47,532 bases of DNA, taken from sequence record SRR20825006_287, one strand, 5' to 3'. Position numbers and translations under genes: made by a program. This document shows, piece after piece, positions 18,824 to 29,819 of the stretch (its first letter is position 1; each line of letters begins with the position of its first letter). The notes beneath the pieces were generated by a model, which was given only the letters and a program-made list of their open reading frames with translations, had not been told where the DNA came from and ran no database searches.

Positions 18824-18864
18824 ATTGTAGGAGAAAACGTCATGGGTGACATTCGCACGTCATG
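18824..18864 (-). promoter_or_regulatory. -10 box TACAAT 6 nt before the arsR ATG, plus ACGTCATG direct repeats (candidate operator)
   Basis: ATTGTA at 18824-18829 reads TACAAT on the minus strand. ACGTCATG occurs at 18837-18844 and 18857-18864, with TGAC at 18847-18850. Confidence 0.45.
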
Positions 18865-18910
18865 ATCATTCGATCGTGGAAATTGCTGACCTGTGAATTA
18901 GAGTAGGTTC

Positions 18911-20302
18911 ATGTCCCCCCCGGCAGGAACGTCGCTCTTGGAAGAACCTATCGACCAAGACTTTGACGAACAAATTGACCAATCGACGCCTTCACCGGAT
19001 TCGCATCGCGGTGCTTTGGAAGGATTGTTTGCGCTGGCATGTCCGCTGCTATTGATCCTTGCCGTCGCATTGAATCCGCTGGATCAATCCGACTCGACTC
19101 CGGCCGGTTCGGCCGGTGCTGGTTTGACGATGGAGGTGGCTTTAAAACTGCTGTTGTCGGGCGCGGTTGGCTCAGTTGCCTTGTTGGGTTGGATACTTTG
19201 CCCGGCGGTTCGCCAACGCCTCATGAAATTCCCAGGTTGGATTTTGGTGGCGCTGGGTGGCGTCTTTGTCGTGACCAGCACGGTGGCTTTTGGTCCTGCT
19301 GCAACCGTGTCTCGAGCCGCCGCGATGATCAGTTGTGTGTACATCGTCTTCATTGCGGTGACGCTGCAGTTCTTGACGCTACGACAAACGCTTCAGTGCG
19401 TGCTGATCGGATTGGTGCTGCATCTGATTGCGGCGTGGTGTCTGTATCTCGGCGGTGGCGAGACGGCGGTCTATCAAGAAGAATTGGGGCAGTCTCTTAT
19501 CATCGAGCGCATGGGCAGCACGGCGCACCCCAACTCGCTCGGGCGTATTGGTGCCTTGGCGATCTTGGTTTGTTTAGGACTTTGGCGAACGAGAAACCGT
19601 CCACTGACTCCTATCCTGATCGCAACGATGGGATTCGTTTTCGTGATCTCAGCCGCGACAATGTTTGAATCAATGAGTCGCACCGCGGTGGTTTCGTGTG
19701 CAGCATCCGTGTTGGCTGTGATGATTGATCGGTTGGCCAATCGTCGCGGGTTGGCAATGGGTTTGTGCGTTGTGATGGGGATCTGTTTGTTGATGCTGGC
19801 GGTTGGATTGTTGTCGGAGGGTTCCGATGTCGGCAGTCGAGCGGTCGCAGTGGGTACCAAGACCGGTGACGTCAACGAACTCACGTCCGCAACGGGGCGA
19901 ACCGAAATATGGGCGGAAGCGGTTCGCTTCATCGCTCAACGACCGCTGACCGGATGGGGGCTCAATAGCGCGCCGTTGTTGCTGGAAGATTTTTCACATC
20001 ACACCCACAACTTGTTGCTGCACGCACTTTTTTCAGCGGGAATCTTTGCCGGTATCTGTGTCTCGGTGCTGGTCGCATGGACGGTGTATCAGGCGTTCAC
20101 GGTCGTCGATCCCATGTTCCGTGGAATCGCGGCCTACATCTGTGTCTCGGGGCTGTTTGAAGACACCGCGTTTGAAACGTTCCCGTTTGCATCGACGTTG
20201 TTGTGGTTGCTGGTGTTGCTCGCCGCATCGGTCGAAGTGCCGCGATCGGACGAATCGGACAATGTCTTGTCAGATCAATTGGCCAGCGACCTCACCCGAT
20301 GA
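18911..20302 (+). CDS. O-antigen ligase / Wzy_C family membrane protein
   Basis: About 12 TM segments, [30 protein letters not shown] motifs. Confidence 0.88.
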   Translation: MSPPAGTSLLEEPIDQDFDEQIDQSTPSPDSHRGALEGLFALACPLLLILAVALNPLDQSDSTPAGSAGAGLTMEVALKLLLSGAVGSVALLGWILCPAVRQRLMKFPGWILVALGGVFVVTSTVAFGPAATVSRAAAMISCVYIVFIAVTLQFLTLRQTLQCVLIGLVLHLIAAWCLYLGGGETAVYQEELGQSLIIERMGSTAHPNSLGRIGALAILVCLGLWRTRNRPLTPILIATMGFVFVISAATMFESMSRTAVVSCAASVLAVMIDRLANRRGLAMGLCVVMGICLLMLAVGLLSEGSDVGSRAVAVGTKTGDVNELTSATGRTEIWAEAVRFIAQRPLTGWGLNSAPLLLEDFSHHTHNLLLHALFSAGIFAGICVSVLVAWTVYQAFTVVDPMFRGIAAYICVSGLFEDTAFETFPFASTLLWLLVLLAASVEVPRSDESDNVLSDQLASDLTR

Positions 20303-21782
20303 GATCGCGAATCACATGGGCTTCTTCGACACCGGTGAGTCGTTGACTGAGCCCCCGGAACTTGAACGTGAACCGTTCGTGATCGATTCCCAACAGGTTC
20401 AACACAGTTGCGTTCAGATCGCGGATGTGGACCGGATTTTCAACGATGTTGTAGGAGAACTCATCCGTCGTTCCATAGTCAAAACCAGCTTTCACGCCGC
20501 CGCCGGCCATCCAGGTTGTGAAGCAACGTCCGTGGTGATCGCGACCTGAACTGGGGTTGTCCAGTTGACCTTGGCTGTAGACGGTGCGACCAAACTCACC
20601 GCCCCAAATTACCAGGGTGTCATCGAGCATTCCCAATCGCTTGAGGTCTTGGACCAATGCGGCGGAGGCTTGATCGACATCCTTGCATTGCCGCGGCAAT
20701 TGATTGCGAATCGAAATGTGTTGATCCCATCCGCGATGGAACAACTGGATGAAACGCACCCCGCGTTCGGCCATGCGTCGGGCCAGCAAACAGTTCGCAG
20801 CGTATGAACCGGGACGCCGGGCGTCTTCGCCATAAAGTTCAAACGTGGATTCCGGTTCGTCCGAGACGTCCGTCAGTTCTGGTACCGACGTCTGCATGCG
20901 ATAAGCCATCTCGTAGGCTTCAATGCGAGCCAGTGTCTCGGGATCGCCCGTGGCTTCCGAATGCATTTGGTTCATTTGTCCGAGCGTGTTCAAGAGCTCT
21001 CGACGTGAGTCACGCGAAACGCCATCGGGGTTCTTGAGATAGAGCACCGGGTTGGCACCGGGACGAAGCATCACGCCTTGATGGCTGGAAGGCAGATAGC
21101 CGCTGCCCCACAACCGCGAAAACAAAGGTTGGCCGGGGTTCTTTCCACTGCCTTGGCTGAGCAGCACCATGTAAGCGGGAAAGTCTTCATTTTCGGAACC
21201 CAGCCCATAGCTTAGCCACGCACCCATGGATGCGTGACCCATTTGCTGTGATCCAGTGTTGATGTAGGTCACCGCGGGATCGTGGTTGATCGCTTCGGTC
21301 CACATCGATCGCACGATCGAAATGTCATCGGTGATCTCTTGCAAGTGTGGCAGCAAGTTGCCAACCCAAGTCCCGTGCTGACCACAACGTTTGCCACCCC
21401 ACAATGGTTTGACGACGGGGAACTGACTCTGACGCGACGTCATCCCGGTCAGTCGCTGCCCGCCGCGAATGGAATCAGGCAGATTGGTGCCGTGCAATTG
21501 TTCCAGTTCCTCTTTGTGATCAAACAGGTCAATGTGACTCGGTCCGCCAGATTGAAACAGGTAAATGACTCGTTTGGCTTTGGGGGCAAAGTGTGGCAAC
21601 TCCGAGGCTAGGTTCGTTTGGATCTGACCGCCTGACGAAGCCGAGTTGGGATTGGCTTCGGACGCCAGAAGCTTTCCCAGTGCCATCGCACCAAGACCCG
21701 CGGCCGAACTGCCAAACAGCGATCGGCGAGTCATCATTTGCGATTGTCGCAATCCGAGTTCGTGAATCAATGATTGGTTCAT
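20292..21782 (-). CDS. DUF1501 domain protein (planctomycete, twin-arginine signal)
   Basis: TRRSLFG Tat-like signal, [66 protein letters not shown]. Confidence 0.92.
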   Translation of the reverse strand: MNQSLIHELGLRQSQMMTRRSLFGSSAAGLGAMALGKLLASEANPNSASSGGQIQTNLASELPHFAPKAKRVIYLFQSGGPSHIDLFDHKEELEQLHGTNLPDSIRGGQRLTGMTSRQSQFPVVKPLWGGKRCGQHGTWVGNLLPHLQEITDDISIVRSMWTEAINHDPAVTYINTGSQQMGHASMGAWLSYGLGSENEDFPAYMVLLSQGSGKNPGQPLFSRLWGSGYLPSSHQGVMLRPGANPVLYLKNPDGVSRDSRRELLNTLGQMNQMHSEATGDPETLARIEAYEMAYRMQTSVPELTDVSDEPESTFELYGEDARRPGSYAANCLLARRMAERGVRFIQLFHRGWDQHISIRNQLPRQCKDVDQASAALVQDLKRLGMLDDTLVIWGGEFGRTVYSQGQLDNPSSGRDHHGRCFTTWMAGGGVKAGFDYGTTDEFSYNIVENPVHIRDLNATVLNLLGIDHERFTFKFRGLSQRLTGVEEAHVIRDLIG

Positions 21783-21846
21783 GAGAAGATGCGTTTTGAT
21801 GTGGTGGACGGTTGTTTGGTGACAGCGTGAACGTTGGGCGAGTCGA

Positions 21847-24800
21847 TCAAAGTCGAGTCAGCGTTTCGCTCAAATTCAGCAGCAACGTTGCGACTTGCAT
21901 CCATGCCGCATGTTCGATGGGATCAAGTGTTTCTAAGCGAGGCGATTCGCCAACCGACACGGCTGCCAAGGCATCCTGAGGTGATTGAGCGAAACGTTCA
22001 CGTTCGGTTTGCAATAGAGACAGCACGGCGCCACGTTCTTCGTCGTTGGGTGTTCGACCGACGACCAGAGTGAAAGCCTGATCGATGCGATCGAGATCTG
22101 AAACGGATCTCTCGTTTGAGCCGGATTCGGACAATAAACGCTCGGCCAACACGCGAGCCGCTTCAGCGAACTGCGGATCGTTCAGGGTCACGAGTGCTTG
22201 GATGGGCGTGTTCGTCGCCCCGCGATCCATCGTGCACAATTCACGGCTGGGGGCATCAAATGCGGCCATCGCCGGATGGGGACTGGTTCGTTTGACAATC
22301 GTGTAGAGGCTGCGTCGATACAGCTTCTCACCGTGGTCCTGAACGAAAACTTGTTTGGTCGCGGGCGTGCTACCAAAGTGGCTGACTTCTTTCCAAAGCG
22401 CCGGCGGTTGATAGGGTTGCAAACTGGGGCCGCCGACACGCGGCACGAGCAGATCGCTGACCGCGAGAGCTTGATCGCGAATGAATTCGGCTGGCAGACG
22501 GAACCGAGGCCCACGTGCAAGCAACCGATTCTTAGGATCGAGTTCGATCTGTTCGGGTGTGGCAGAGGATTGTTGCCGGTAGGTTGCACTGCTAACAATT
22601 TCGCGAATCAGTTGTTGTTGGTCCCATCCGATCTCGACGAAATGCGTCGCCAGATAATCCAACAATTCTGGATGGCTGGGGTATTCGCCTTGCGAACCAA
22701 AGTCGGCTGATGTGGCGACCAATCCGGTTCCAAAGAACAACGACCAAATGCGATTGACGGCGACGCGAGAGGTGAGTGGATGCTGGGAATCGGTCAACCA
22801 ACGAGCCAGGTCCAAACGGTTCGCTGTCTCATTCTTATCGGCAAGTTCGGGCAGCACTTCGGGAGTCGTTGGAAAGACGCGGTCCGTGGGTGAGTCATAT
22901 TGACCGCGGTCCAGCACAAACGTTTCGCGAGGTTTCGCGGCGGTGTTCATCACCATGGTTGAGAACCTGCCGGTCAACACCTCCCGGCGTTCTTCCAGGT
23001 TGTTGATCCGGGTTCGCAAAGGTTGGAGCTGATCGCTCGTTTGACGAAAAGTTTCGAGGACTGTTTGTCGTGTCGCGTCGTCCCATTCATCGGAAGGCGT
23101 TTGAATGGCATCGACCAGTGAAGGGCTCCAACGACTGTCGGTGTCATTGCCAGTGAATGGTTGGATTTGCCATTCGTACGGGAGCGAGTTGCCCTGGCCG
23201 AAGACCAGCAGCACGCTCAGATACGGTGTCGTTTGAGGATCAATCGGTTGATCGAAAGTCAACGTAAGATGTTGTTCTGTTTGACCCGTCGCAGGTTGCC
23301 ACCAACGTTCATTGCTTTCATTCCGAATCGATCCTGCGGCGTGTCCGTCCGCTTGAGTGCTCGCGGTGACTTTTCGGAATGACAACTGACGGTGGTAATC
23401 AACCTGGTCCGCTGGTTGTTCCGTCGCCGAGATCAAAACGGTGGTGACCTTGGGGACCGCCTCGTCAAAAGGCGTCAGGACCATGGGTGGTTCAGTCGAC
23501 TCGGTTGCATCTTCTTTGCTTGCTTCCGTTTCGGGTTTGGCGGGACCGGGTCGCGGGTGAAAGGAGACACGAAGGCCGGTGATCGGTGATCCGTCAGTCA
23601 GTTCTTCCGTCGCGAATCGCAGCGAGTGACTCATCCCATTCAATCCGCGGCTGGGTTGAGCGATCTTCACCGTGCCGTTTGCATCAAACTCCATTGCACC
23701 GCGAAGGTTGGGCGAGGAGACATCCAGCAGTTCGATCGGTACGTAACGAAACTGGTCGCCGCGTGTTTCTTCTTCCTGTCGCTGTGATTCCAGCCATGCT
23801 TCCAACCCTTCCGTGGTTTCAGCCAGTTGCACACGTCGTTGCTCCAGCTCTGATTCAAGTTGCGGCAACTCGTCAGTTTGAAGCACCGTTTTGGCCATGA
23901 TGTTTGGAGCCGCATTGCGACCCGAATTCCCATCCAACCCATGATCTTGCAGCTCGTTGAAGAATGCAAAGAACTGATAGTATTCGTGCTGTGAGATCGG
24001 ATCGTATTTGTGGTCATGGCATTGGGCACAACCCATCGTCAAACCCAGGAAGACTTCGCTGGTTGTTTTCACCCGATCGGCGACATAGTTCGTGAGGTTT
24101 TCCTCCGGGATCGTGCCGCCTTCGTGCGTGATCATGTGATTGCGATTGAAACCCGTCGCGATCAGTTGCGACTCGGTTGGATTGGGAAGCAAATCGCCCG
24201 CCAACTGTTCGGTCAGGAACTGATCAAAAGGCATGTTGTCGTTGTAGGCCTGGATCACCCAGTCGCGCCACAACCACATGTGACGACCGCCGTCGATTGA
24301 ATAACCGTTGGTGTCGGCGTAGCGAGCTTGATCGAGCCAAGGAAGTGCCATCCGTTCGCCATGATGGGGTGAACCAAGCAGCCGCGTGATCGTTTCTTGA
24401 TAGGTGGTTTCGCCGTGCAATTGGTAGTCGTGGACGAACGTGTTGACCTCTTCGGGGGTCGGCGGCAAACCGGTCAAGTCAAAGCTCAATCGGCGAATCA
24501 ACGCTCTCGCGTCAGCTTCCGGTGAGGGTGCTAAACCAGCTTCGGCCAAACGTTGAGCCACGAAGAAATCTATTTCGTTGCGAGCCCAGCTCTTTTCGGA
24601 TGGTTCCTCGGTGAAGTCAACCGTTGGAACTTCCGGCATCGTCGGTGGAATGAACGCCCAGTGGCCTTCATAGGCGGCACCCTCTTCGATCCAACGCTTC
24701 AGCAATGTCTTTTGCTCCTGCGTCAAAGCGAGATGAGATTCTGGGGGCGGCATCAACATGTCCGGATCGTCGCTGATGATGCGTTGCCAGGCTTCGCTCT

Positions 24801-25479
24801 CTTGCACGTTGCCAGGCACAATCGGTTGGTAGCCGCCAAGATCCGCCGTGGCACCTTCCAAGGTATCCAGTCGCAAATCCGCTCGACGACCATGTTCATC
24901 GGGACCGTGACAGTGGAAGCAGGTTTCCGAAAGGATTGGACGAATATCGCGATTGAATTTCAGCTTGCGATTGGCAGCGGATTCGAATTCAGGAATCGAC
25001 ACGGCGGTCAACGCAGGATGGTTCATTGAACCCGAGGAATTGATGACCTTCCAAGGATTGGGGGTACGTCGGTCGGAGGAACGCCCACCGTCGGAGTGAT
25101 TGGTGGTCTGGGTCGTCGTGCGATCGACCTCAGGGGATGAGGTCACGATTTCATCCACCATCGCCACACGTGAGCGGTTCGTTGCAGTCCATGTCTGCAA
25201 CAAAAGCATATTGGAAACGACCAATGCGCAGGCGGCGGCACACCAAGCAAGAAACGGGCGCATGCTTGAGTGTTGGGATGCGATTGGCGAAGGTGAAATT
25301 GGCGTTGCGATCGAATTTTGCGAAACCAACGCTTCGTCCAAATCACAAAGATCAAGGTAGTGGTCCAAGGCCTCGCTGTCGGACATCAAAATCCCACGCA
25401 GTTCGCCGGCTTCCTCAGCCGTCAGTTCGTTTGCTGAGTGAGCGGTCAGCAATTGATCGATTCGTTCCCGAGAACTCAT
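21847..25479 (-). CDS. Planctomycete cytochrome c (PSCyt1 + DUF1549 + DUF1553/PSD1) protein with N-terminal anti-sigma-like domain and TM helix
   Basis: [108 protein letters not shown]. Two CxxCH motifs. Confidence 0.92.
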   Translation of the reverse strand: MSSRERIDQLLTAHSANELTAEEAGELRGILMSDSEALDHYLDLCDLDEALVSQNSIATPISPSPIASQHSSMRPFLAWCAAACALVVSNMLLLQTWTATNRSRVAMVDEIVTSSPEVDRTTTQTTNHSDGGRSSDRRTPNPWKVINSSGSMNHPALTAVSIPEFESAANRKLKFNRDIRPILSETCFHCHGPDEHGRRADLRLDTLEGATADLGGYQPIVPGNVQESEAWQRIISDDPDMLMPPPESHLALTQEQKTLLKRWIEEGAAYEGHWAFIPPTMPEVPTVDFTEEPSEKSWARNEIDFFVAQRLAEAGLAPSPEADARALIRRLSFDLTGLPPTPEEVNTFVHDYQLHGETTYQETITRLLGSPHHGERMALPWLDQARYADTNGYSIDGGRHMWLWRDWVIQAYNDNMPFDQFLTEQLAGDLLPNPTESQLIATGFNRNHMITHEGGTIPEENLTNYVADRVKTTSEVFLGLTMGCAQCHDHKYDPISQHEYYQFFAFFNELQDHGLDGNSGRNAAPNIMAKTVLQTDELPQLESELEQRRVQLAETTEGLEAWLESQRQEEETRGDQFRYVPIELLDVSSPNLRGAMEFDANGTVKIAQPSRGLNGMSHSLRFATEELTDGSPITGLRVSFHPRPGPAKPETEASKEDATESTEPPMVLTPFDEAVPKVTTVLISATEQPADQVDYHRQLSFRKVTASTQADGHAAGSIRNESNERWWQPATGQTEQHLTLTFDQPIDPQTTPYLSVLLVFGQGNSLPYEWQIQPFTGNDTDSRWSPSLVDAIQTPSDEWDDATRQTVLETFRQTSDQLQPLRTRINNLEERREVLTGRFSTMVMNTAAKPRETFVLDRGQYDSPTDRVFPTTPEVLPELADKNETANRLDLARWLTDSQHPLTSRVAVNRIWSLFFGTGLVATSADFGSQGEYPSHPELLDYLATHFVEIGWDQQQLIREIVSSATYRQQSSATPEQIELDPKNRLLARGPRFRLPAEFIRDQALAVSDLLVPRVGGPSLQPYQPPALWKEVSHFGSTPATKQVFVQDHGEKLYRRSLYTIVKRTSPHPAMAAFDAPSRELCTMDRGATNTPIQALVTLNDPQFAEAARVLAERLLSESGSNERSVSDLDRIDQAFTLVVGRTPNDEERGAVLSLLQTERERFAQSPQDALAAVSVGESPRLETLDPIEHAAWMQVATLLLNLSETLTRL

Positions 25480-26069
25480 GGGGTTTCCGCTGTTTGTTGA
25501 GAAAGGGGAGGATCGGAGAGAAGCTCGACGTCGATGGAATCGGTGTCCGTCGGATCTTGGTTCCGTTGAACGCAGCGAATCAAACGTTGGCGAGCCCGGT
25601 GAAGGGCTTGGCCGATTGCATTGGCTTTGCGTCCGGTGTGCTCGGCTAATTGGTTCAACGTTTGTCCATCGAAATAGAAGAGCTTGATCAGTTCACGCTG
25701 ATGGTCGGGCAGTTGTTCCACGCAATGCTTCAAGCGTTGCCAATCGTTGTGTTGACGCTGTTGTTCGACCCTTTCGCGATGACGTCGTTCGATGACTTCA
25801 TGAAGTTGATCGTCGATCAGCACCACAGACCGTGACGTGGCAAGTTTTCGCGTCTGATTTCGATGATGGTTGATCGCAATCTGACTCAACCAGGCGACAA
25901 AGTTGGTTCCTTCTTCAAAAGCGTTTTGCTTTTCCATCGCGGTGACGTTCGCTGATTGCAGCACGTCCTGCGCAGCGTGGACCGATCCGGTCAGCCTGAT
26001 CAAATGACCAAGCACAGGACGTTGGGCCTGCTGAAGCAGGTCTTCGAAAGCCTTGCACGAACGAGTCAA
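25476..26069 (-). CDS. ECF sigma-70 factor (Rhodopirellula/Verrucomicrobia-type)
   Basis: AQDVLQ, FEEGTNFVAWLSQIAIN (region 2), CVEQLPDHQRELIKLFYFDG...ALHRARQRLIRCV (region 4). Start is TTG 26069 (GGAG upstream) or GTG 26129. Stop overlaps the next ATG (ATGA). Confidence 0.92.
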   Translation of the reverse strand: MTRSCKAFEDLLQQAQRPVLGHLIRLTGSVHAAQDVLQSANVTAMEKQNAFEEGTNFVAWLSQIAINHHRNQTRKLATSRSVVLIDDQLHEVIERRHRERVEQQRQHNDWQRLKHCVEQLPDHQRELIKLFYFDGQTLNQLAEHTGRKANAIGQALHRARQRLIRCVQRNQDPTDTDSIDVELLSDPPLSQQTAETP

Positions 26070-26229
26070 ACCATTGGGTCTCCACCAAGTGATGTAGGGA
26101 GCACGCTTCGTTTTACTCCGAATTTTCACACTTTTGTGAAATCGGTCCCAAACCCAATTGGGGCGAGGAAGCGATTATGCTGCTGCTGAAGTTCCCACCT
26201 CCCATCCCACCCACGGAGAAACTCCCACC

Positions 26230-27786
26230 ATGAGAACACCCCTACCCACCCGATTTTTGCTCGCAGGAATCGCGATCGCGAGTTGTCTGATGAGCCTGCC
26301 AGGCTCGACCGCACAGGCGGAATTGATGATGCCAGCGATCTTTGGCGATTCGATGGTCGTGCAGCGAAATGAGCCCGTTCACATCTGGGGCTGGACCAAG
26401 CCCGGCCAAGAAGTCAGCGTTCAACTGGGCGATCGAGCCGCCAAAGGCAAAGCCGACGACGAAGGACGATTCGACATCTCGGTTCCATCCCTTCCCGCGG
26501 GCGGACCTTACGAATTGACGGTGAAGGCAGACGAGACCAAGACCTTCACCGATGTTCTGGTTGGCGAAGTCTGGATCTGCTCAGGGCAATCCAATATGGC
26601 TTGGGCCGTGCAAAGTGCCAACGATGCCGATCTGGAATCACTCTCTGCCGATTACCCAGAGATTCGTCTGATCTCGGTTCCCCAAGTCGGCACGCAAGAA
26701 CCGCAACGTGACTTCAAGGGAAAATGGACGGCCGCCACTCCTGATACCGTCAAAGACTTCTCGGCTGTGGGATACTTCTTCGGTCGACAACTTCATCAAA
26801 CATTGGATGTGCCAGTCGGTTTGATTGACAACGCTTGGGGCGGATCCGCGGCAGAAGCTTGGATTCCTCGCGATGTGCTGGAAGCCGACGGCAAGTACGA
26901 ATCGATGCTGGCAGGTTGGGACAAACGCATGGCTAATTACGACTTTGATGCGATGGTCAAGTCGTGGGAAGAAAAGCATCGCAAGTGGGTAGCCGATGGT
27001 CGCAAAGGCAACGCGCCTCGGCGACCACGTGATGACTCGGCCGGCAACCATCGTCCCGCCAACATTTATAACGGCGTGTTGTTGCCAACCATTGGTTACA
27101 CGATTCGTGGCTCAATTTGGTATCAGGGTGAATCAAACGCGGGACGAGCCTACGAGTATCGCGATTTGTTCCCGCTGATGATTCAAACTTGGCGAGACAA
27201 ATGGGGACAAGGCGACTTCCCGTTCTACTGGGTCCAGCTAGCTGACTTCCGCTCGGAAGTCGAAGAGCCGACCGACAGCAGTTGGGCAGAACTTCGCGAA
27301 GCTCAAACGATGACGATGTCGCGATTGCCAAACACAGGCGAAGCTGTGATTTTGAACTTGGGCGAATCGGCTGACATTCACCCGAAGAACAAGCAAGACG
27401 TGGCCAAACGATTGGCTCGATGGGCACTGGCAAAGGACTATGGCTATGACATTCCCTATCGAAGCCCGACCTATCGCGACGCGAAGTTCGAGGACAACAA
27501 AGCAATCGTTCAGTTCGATCACGTCGGTGGTGGCTTGGACACGTTTGACGTTCCCGAGCTGATTGGATTCACCATCGCAGGCGAAGACCAAAAGTTCGTT
27601 CACGCGAAGGCCAAGATCGTCGGCAAGGACACCATCGAAGTGTCAGCAGAGTCCGTCTCGAATCCGGTTGCCGTGCGATATGCCTGGGCCGACAACCCAG
27701 TTTGCAATGTGCAAAGCAAAGAAAGTCTGCCGATGACTCCTTTCCGAACGGATGACTGGCCAGGCGTCACTCAACCGAAGGATTGA
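26230..27786 (+). CDS. Sialate O-acetylesterase (SASA/DUF303, SGNH hydrolase), secreted
   Basis: Signal peptide, GEVWICSGQSNM, FSAVGYFFG, WYQGESN, PFYWVQLA, DIHPKNK, AVRYAW. RBS GGAGAA before ATG 26230. Confidence 0.92.
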   Translation: MRTPLPTRFLLAGIAIASCLMSLPGSTAQAELMMPAIFGDSMVVQRNEPVHIWGWTKPGQEVSVQLGDRAAKGKADDEGRFDISVPSLPAGGPYELTVKADETKTFTDVLVGEVWICSGQSNMAWAVQSANDADLESLSADYPEIRLISVPQVGTQEPQRDFKGKWTAATPDTVKDFSAVGYFFGRQLHQTLDVPVGLIDNAWGGSAAEAWIPRDVLEADGKYESMLAGWDKRMANYDFDAMVKSWEEKHRKWVADGRKGNAPRRPRDDSAGNHRPANIYNGVLLPTIGYTIRGSIWYQGESNAGRAYEYRDLFPLMIQTWRDKWGQGDFPFYWVQLADFRSEVEEPTDSSWAELREAQTMTMSRLPNTGEAVILNLGESADIHPKNKQDVAKRLARWALAKDYGYDIPYRSPTYRDAKFEDNKAIVQFDHVGGGLDTFDVPELIGFTIAGEDQKFVHAKAKIVGKDTIEVSAESVSNPVAVRYAWADNPVCNVQSKESLPMTPFRTDDWPGVTQPKD

Positions 27787-27821
27787 TGAAAGTCATCCCT
27801 CAAAGATCTGATCGATAGCAA

Positions 27822-27854
27822 CCGCTCGAGCAAAATGCTCGGGCGGTTTTTTTT
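27822..27854 (+). terminator. Rho-independent terminator after the acetylesterase gene
   Basis: CCGCTCGAGCA-AAA-TGCTCGGGCGG hairpin followed by T8. Confidence 0.8.
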
Positions 27855-28218
27855 CGCGAGTCCAGAATCCAGAAGGCGTGAAGCCAGCGAAGAAACCTCG
27901 TACAAACCCTCCGCACGGATGTCCACTGATGGTCAAACAGGTGGACTTTCCCTTGCTCGAACTTGGGTTGTCCACAGGACGGGGAATGTCGGATCGGAAG
28001 GCTTTAAAGGGAACCATCTAACCATTATAGATTCATTGAGAGTGCGAACATCACGCTAGCAGTTGAGAATAATTCGCATTTTTTACTCCGGCCGACTCGG
28101 AAATTGCTTGAAAACGCTCATCTTGAATCCTTAGTATCTCTATACGTTTGCACGGGGGGTGGAGTTATCCACCGACCGTCTTTTCGAAATCATTTCGCAA
28201 GAGAGAAACGAGAGAACG

Positions 28219-29469
28219 ATGATTGGGCACAGGAGAGATTTATCGAGGGGCGCATTTACGCTGGTGGAGTTGTTGGTGGTGATTGCCATCATTGGGGTCT
28301 TGGTTGGTTTGTTGTTGCCAGCGGTTCAAGCCGCTCGTGAAGCAGCCCGACGCATGAGTTGCAGCAACAATTTCAAGCAGCTCGGGCTAGGGATTCACAA
28401 CTATCACTCTGCATTCAACCAGCTGCCGCCTCATGGTGGCGGAACCGGTGCGGGTCTTGAGACGCCATCGGCGTGGTGGCGTGCGAGCAACACGGCAAAT
28501 CGGAAAAGTCTAAGCGTGATGGTTGCGCTGACTCCATACTTTGAGCAACAAGGATTGTGGGAACAAATTTCCAATCGAAGCTATGAAACAGTGACCGGTG
28601 CGGCACCGCCGGCACCGCTTGGTTACTGGCCCGCGATGGGACCAAGTCCCAAAGCTTATTCGACGGATCCAGGTTACATTCCGTGGCAAACAGAGATCGC
28701 CATGTTGCGTTGTCCCAGCGACCCGGGAATGGGTTTGCCGGGTCGTGGCCGAACCAACTACGGTCCATGCTTGGGCGATTCGCCACAGATCCAAATGCAA
28801 CAACACTACGATCTGGCGACGTTTCTCCCTAGCATGAACAACGGAAACGTCATCAGGGCAAAAGCCGCCCACCGCGGTTACTTCGCTCCATACTCCTCAT
28901 TCAAATTTCGTGACGTGCTGGATGGTTTGTCCAACACAATTGCGATGGGTGAAATTGTTTCTAACTTGGGCGACAGAGCGGTCAAAGGATCGTTGTCATG
29001 GAACGGGGGCGGAGCGGACAATGACGTGACCAACAATCCACTGCATTGCGTGGAATCGGACGAGATCGATCCGGAACGGCCTCAGTTTTGGTGCCCCACG
29101 GGAGCCAGTCATTGCTCACCGCCGGTATCGGTAGTCAACGCCGAAACAAACGGACGCGGGATGAGTTGGGCATCCGCGTTTCGGTTGTCCATCTCCGGCG
29201 TCTTCACGGTACGTCCTCCCAACAGTGAGTTGTGCATCGGTCACTGGGCCGACCACCCCGGTACCTTCTCACCGAGCAGTCATCACCAAGGTGGCTGCCA
29301 CATTTTGATGGGAGACGGTGCGGTGAAATTCATCACCGATTCCATCGAAGCAGGAAACCAAAACGCACCCATGATCAGTTCCACCAACAAACCGGGCTCC
29401 GCCAGTCCCTACGGTGTTTGGGGAGCATTGGGTAGCAAAGCGGGCAAGGAAACTGTCTCCGAATTCTGA
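28219..29469 (+). CDS. DUF1559 prepilin-type N-terminal cleavage/methylation protein with H-X9-DG motif
   Basis: [75 protein letters not shown]. Start at ATG 28219. Confidence 0.94.
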   Translation: MIGHRRDLSRGAFTLVELLVVIAIIGVLVGLLLPAVQAAREAARRMSCSNNFKQLGLGIHNYHSAFNQLPPHGGGTGAGLETPSAWWRASNTANRKSLSVMVALTPYFEQQGLWEQISNRSYETVTGAAPPAPLGYWPAMGPSPKAYSTDPGYIPWQTEIAMLRCPSDPGMGLPGRGRTNYGPCLGDSPQIQMQQHYDLATFLPSMNNGNVIRAKAAHRGYFAPYSSFKFRDVLDGLSNTIAMGEIVSNLGDRAVKGSLSWNGGGADNDVTNNPLHCVESDEIDPERPQFWCPTGASHCSPPVSVVNAETNGRGMSWASAFRLSISGVFTVRPPNSELCIGHWADHPGTFSPSSHHQGGCHILMGDGAVKFITDSIEAGNQNAPMISSTNKPGSASPYGVWGALGSKAGKETVSEF

Positions 29470-29487
29470 CTTGCGATCTGATCACAC

Positions 29488-29545
29488 GGCACGCGTCGAT
29501 TCGCGTGCCTTTTCTTGACTGAGCCACGGTTGGACATCGTGGCTC
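29488..29545 (+). terminator. Terminator-like hairpin plus a second adjacent hairpin after the DUF1559 gene
   Basis: GGCACGCG-TCGATT-CGCGTGCC-TTTTCTT (29488-29516), then GAGCCACG-N9-CGTGGCTC (29521-29545). Confidence 0.55.
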
Positions 29546-29617
29546 GATGAGTTGTTCATTGATTTGAATAGGCTCGCTCTTAACTCAAACCCACTCAATT
29601 GAATTCAGGTACATACG

Positions 29618-29800
29618 ATGACCAAAAACACGTTGGCTTTGTTCTTCTCCGGTTGTTTACTGATCGGCGTTGTTGTTGGCTGCGACGACTCGGGCAGTAC
29701 CGTGGTCGCTCCTCCCACAGATGAACCCACAACAGAGGTCCCCGGCGGCGAAATGAGCGAAGAGGAGTACGCCAAGGAACTTGAGAAGTCGATGCGTTGA
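29618..29800 (+). CDS. Small lipoprotein (60 aa) downstream of the DUF1559 gene
   Basis: Signal peptide with lipobox VVG-C, P/T/E-rich linker, C-terminal MSEEEYAKELEK; AGGT upstream. Confidence 0.72.
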   Translation: MTKNTLALFFSGCLLIGVVVGCDDSGSTVVAPPTDEPTTEVPGGEMSEEEYAKELEKSMR

Positions 29801-29819
29801 TGCGAAAGGGTCAAGCAGC

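Noticed and set aside
20292-20302. Convergent 3' overlaps (O-antigen ligase/DUF1501, 11 nt; TPR/acyltransferase, 4 nt)
   Set aside because: Short convergent overlaps are common in compact genomes; no sign of function.
20292-21782. DUF1501 protein as a formylglycine-dependent sulfatase
   Set aside because: No C/S-x-P-x-R signature seen; left as DUF1501.
26111-28090. TTTTACTCCG occurring at 26111 and 28081 in two upstream regions
   Set aside because: A single shared 10-mer is expected by chance in this much sequence; no extended similarity.
27855-28218. Riboswitch or sRNA in the long leader before the DUF1559 gene (GTGGAC...GTCCAC stem near 27941-27975)
   Set aside because: Only one modest stem and no recognisable riboswitch consensus (e.g. 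c-di-GMP-I GGCAAAC/GCAAAGC absent).
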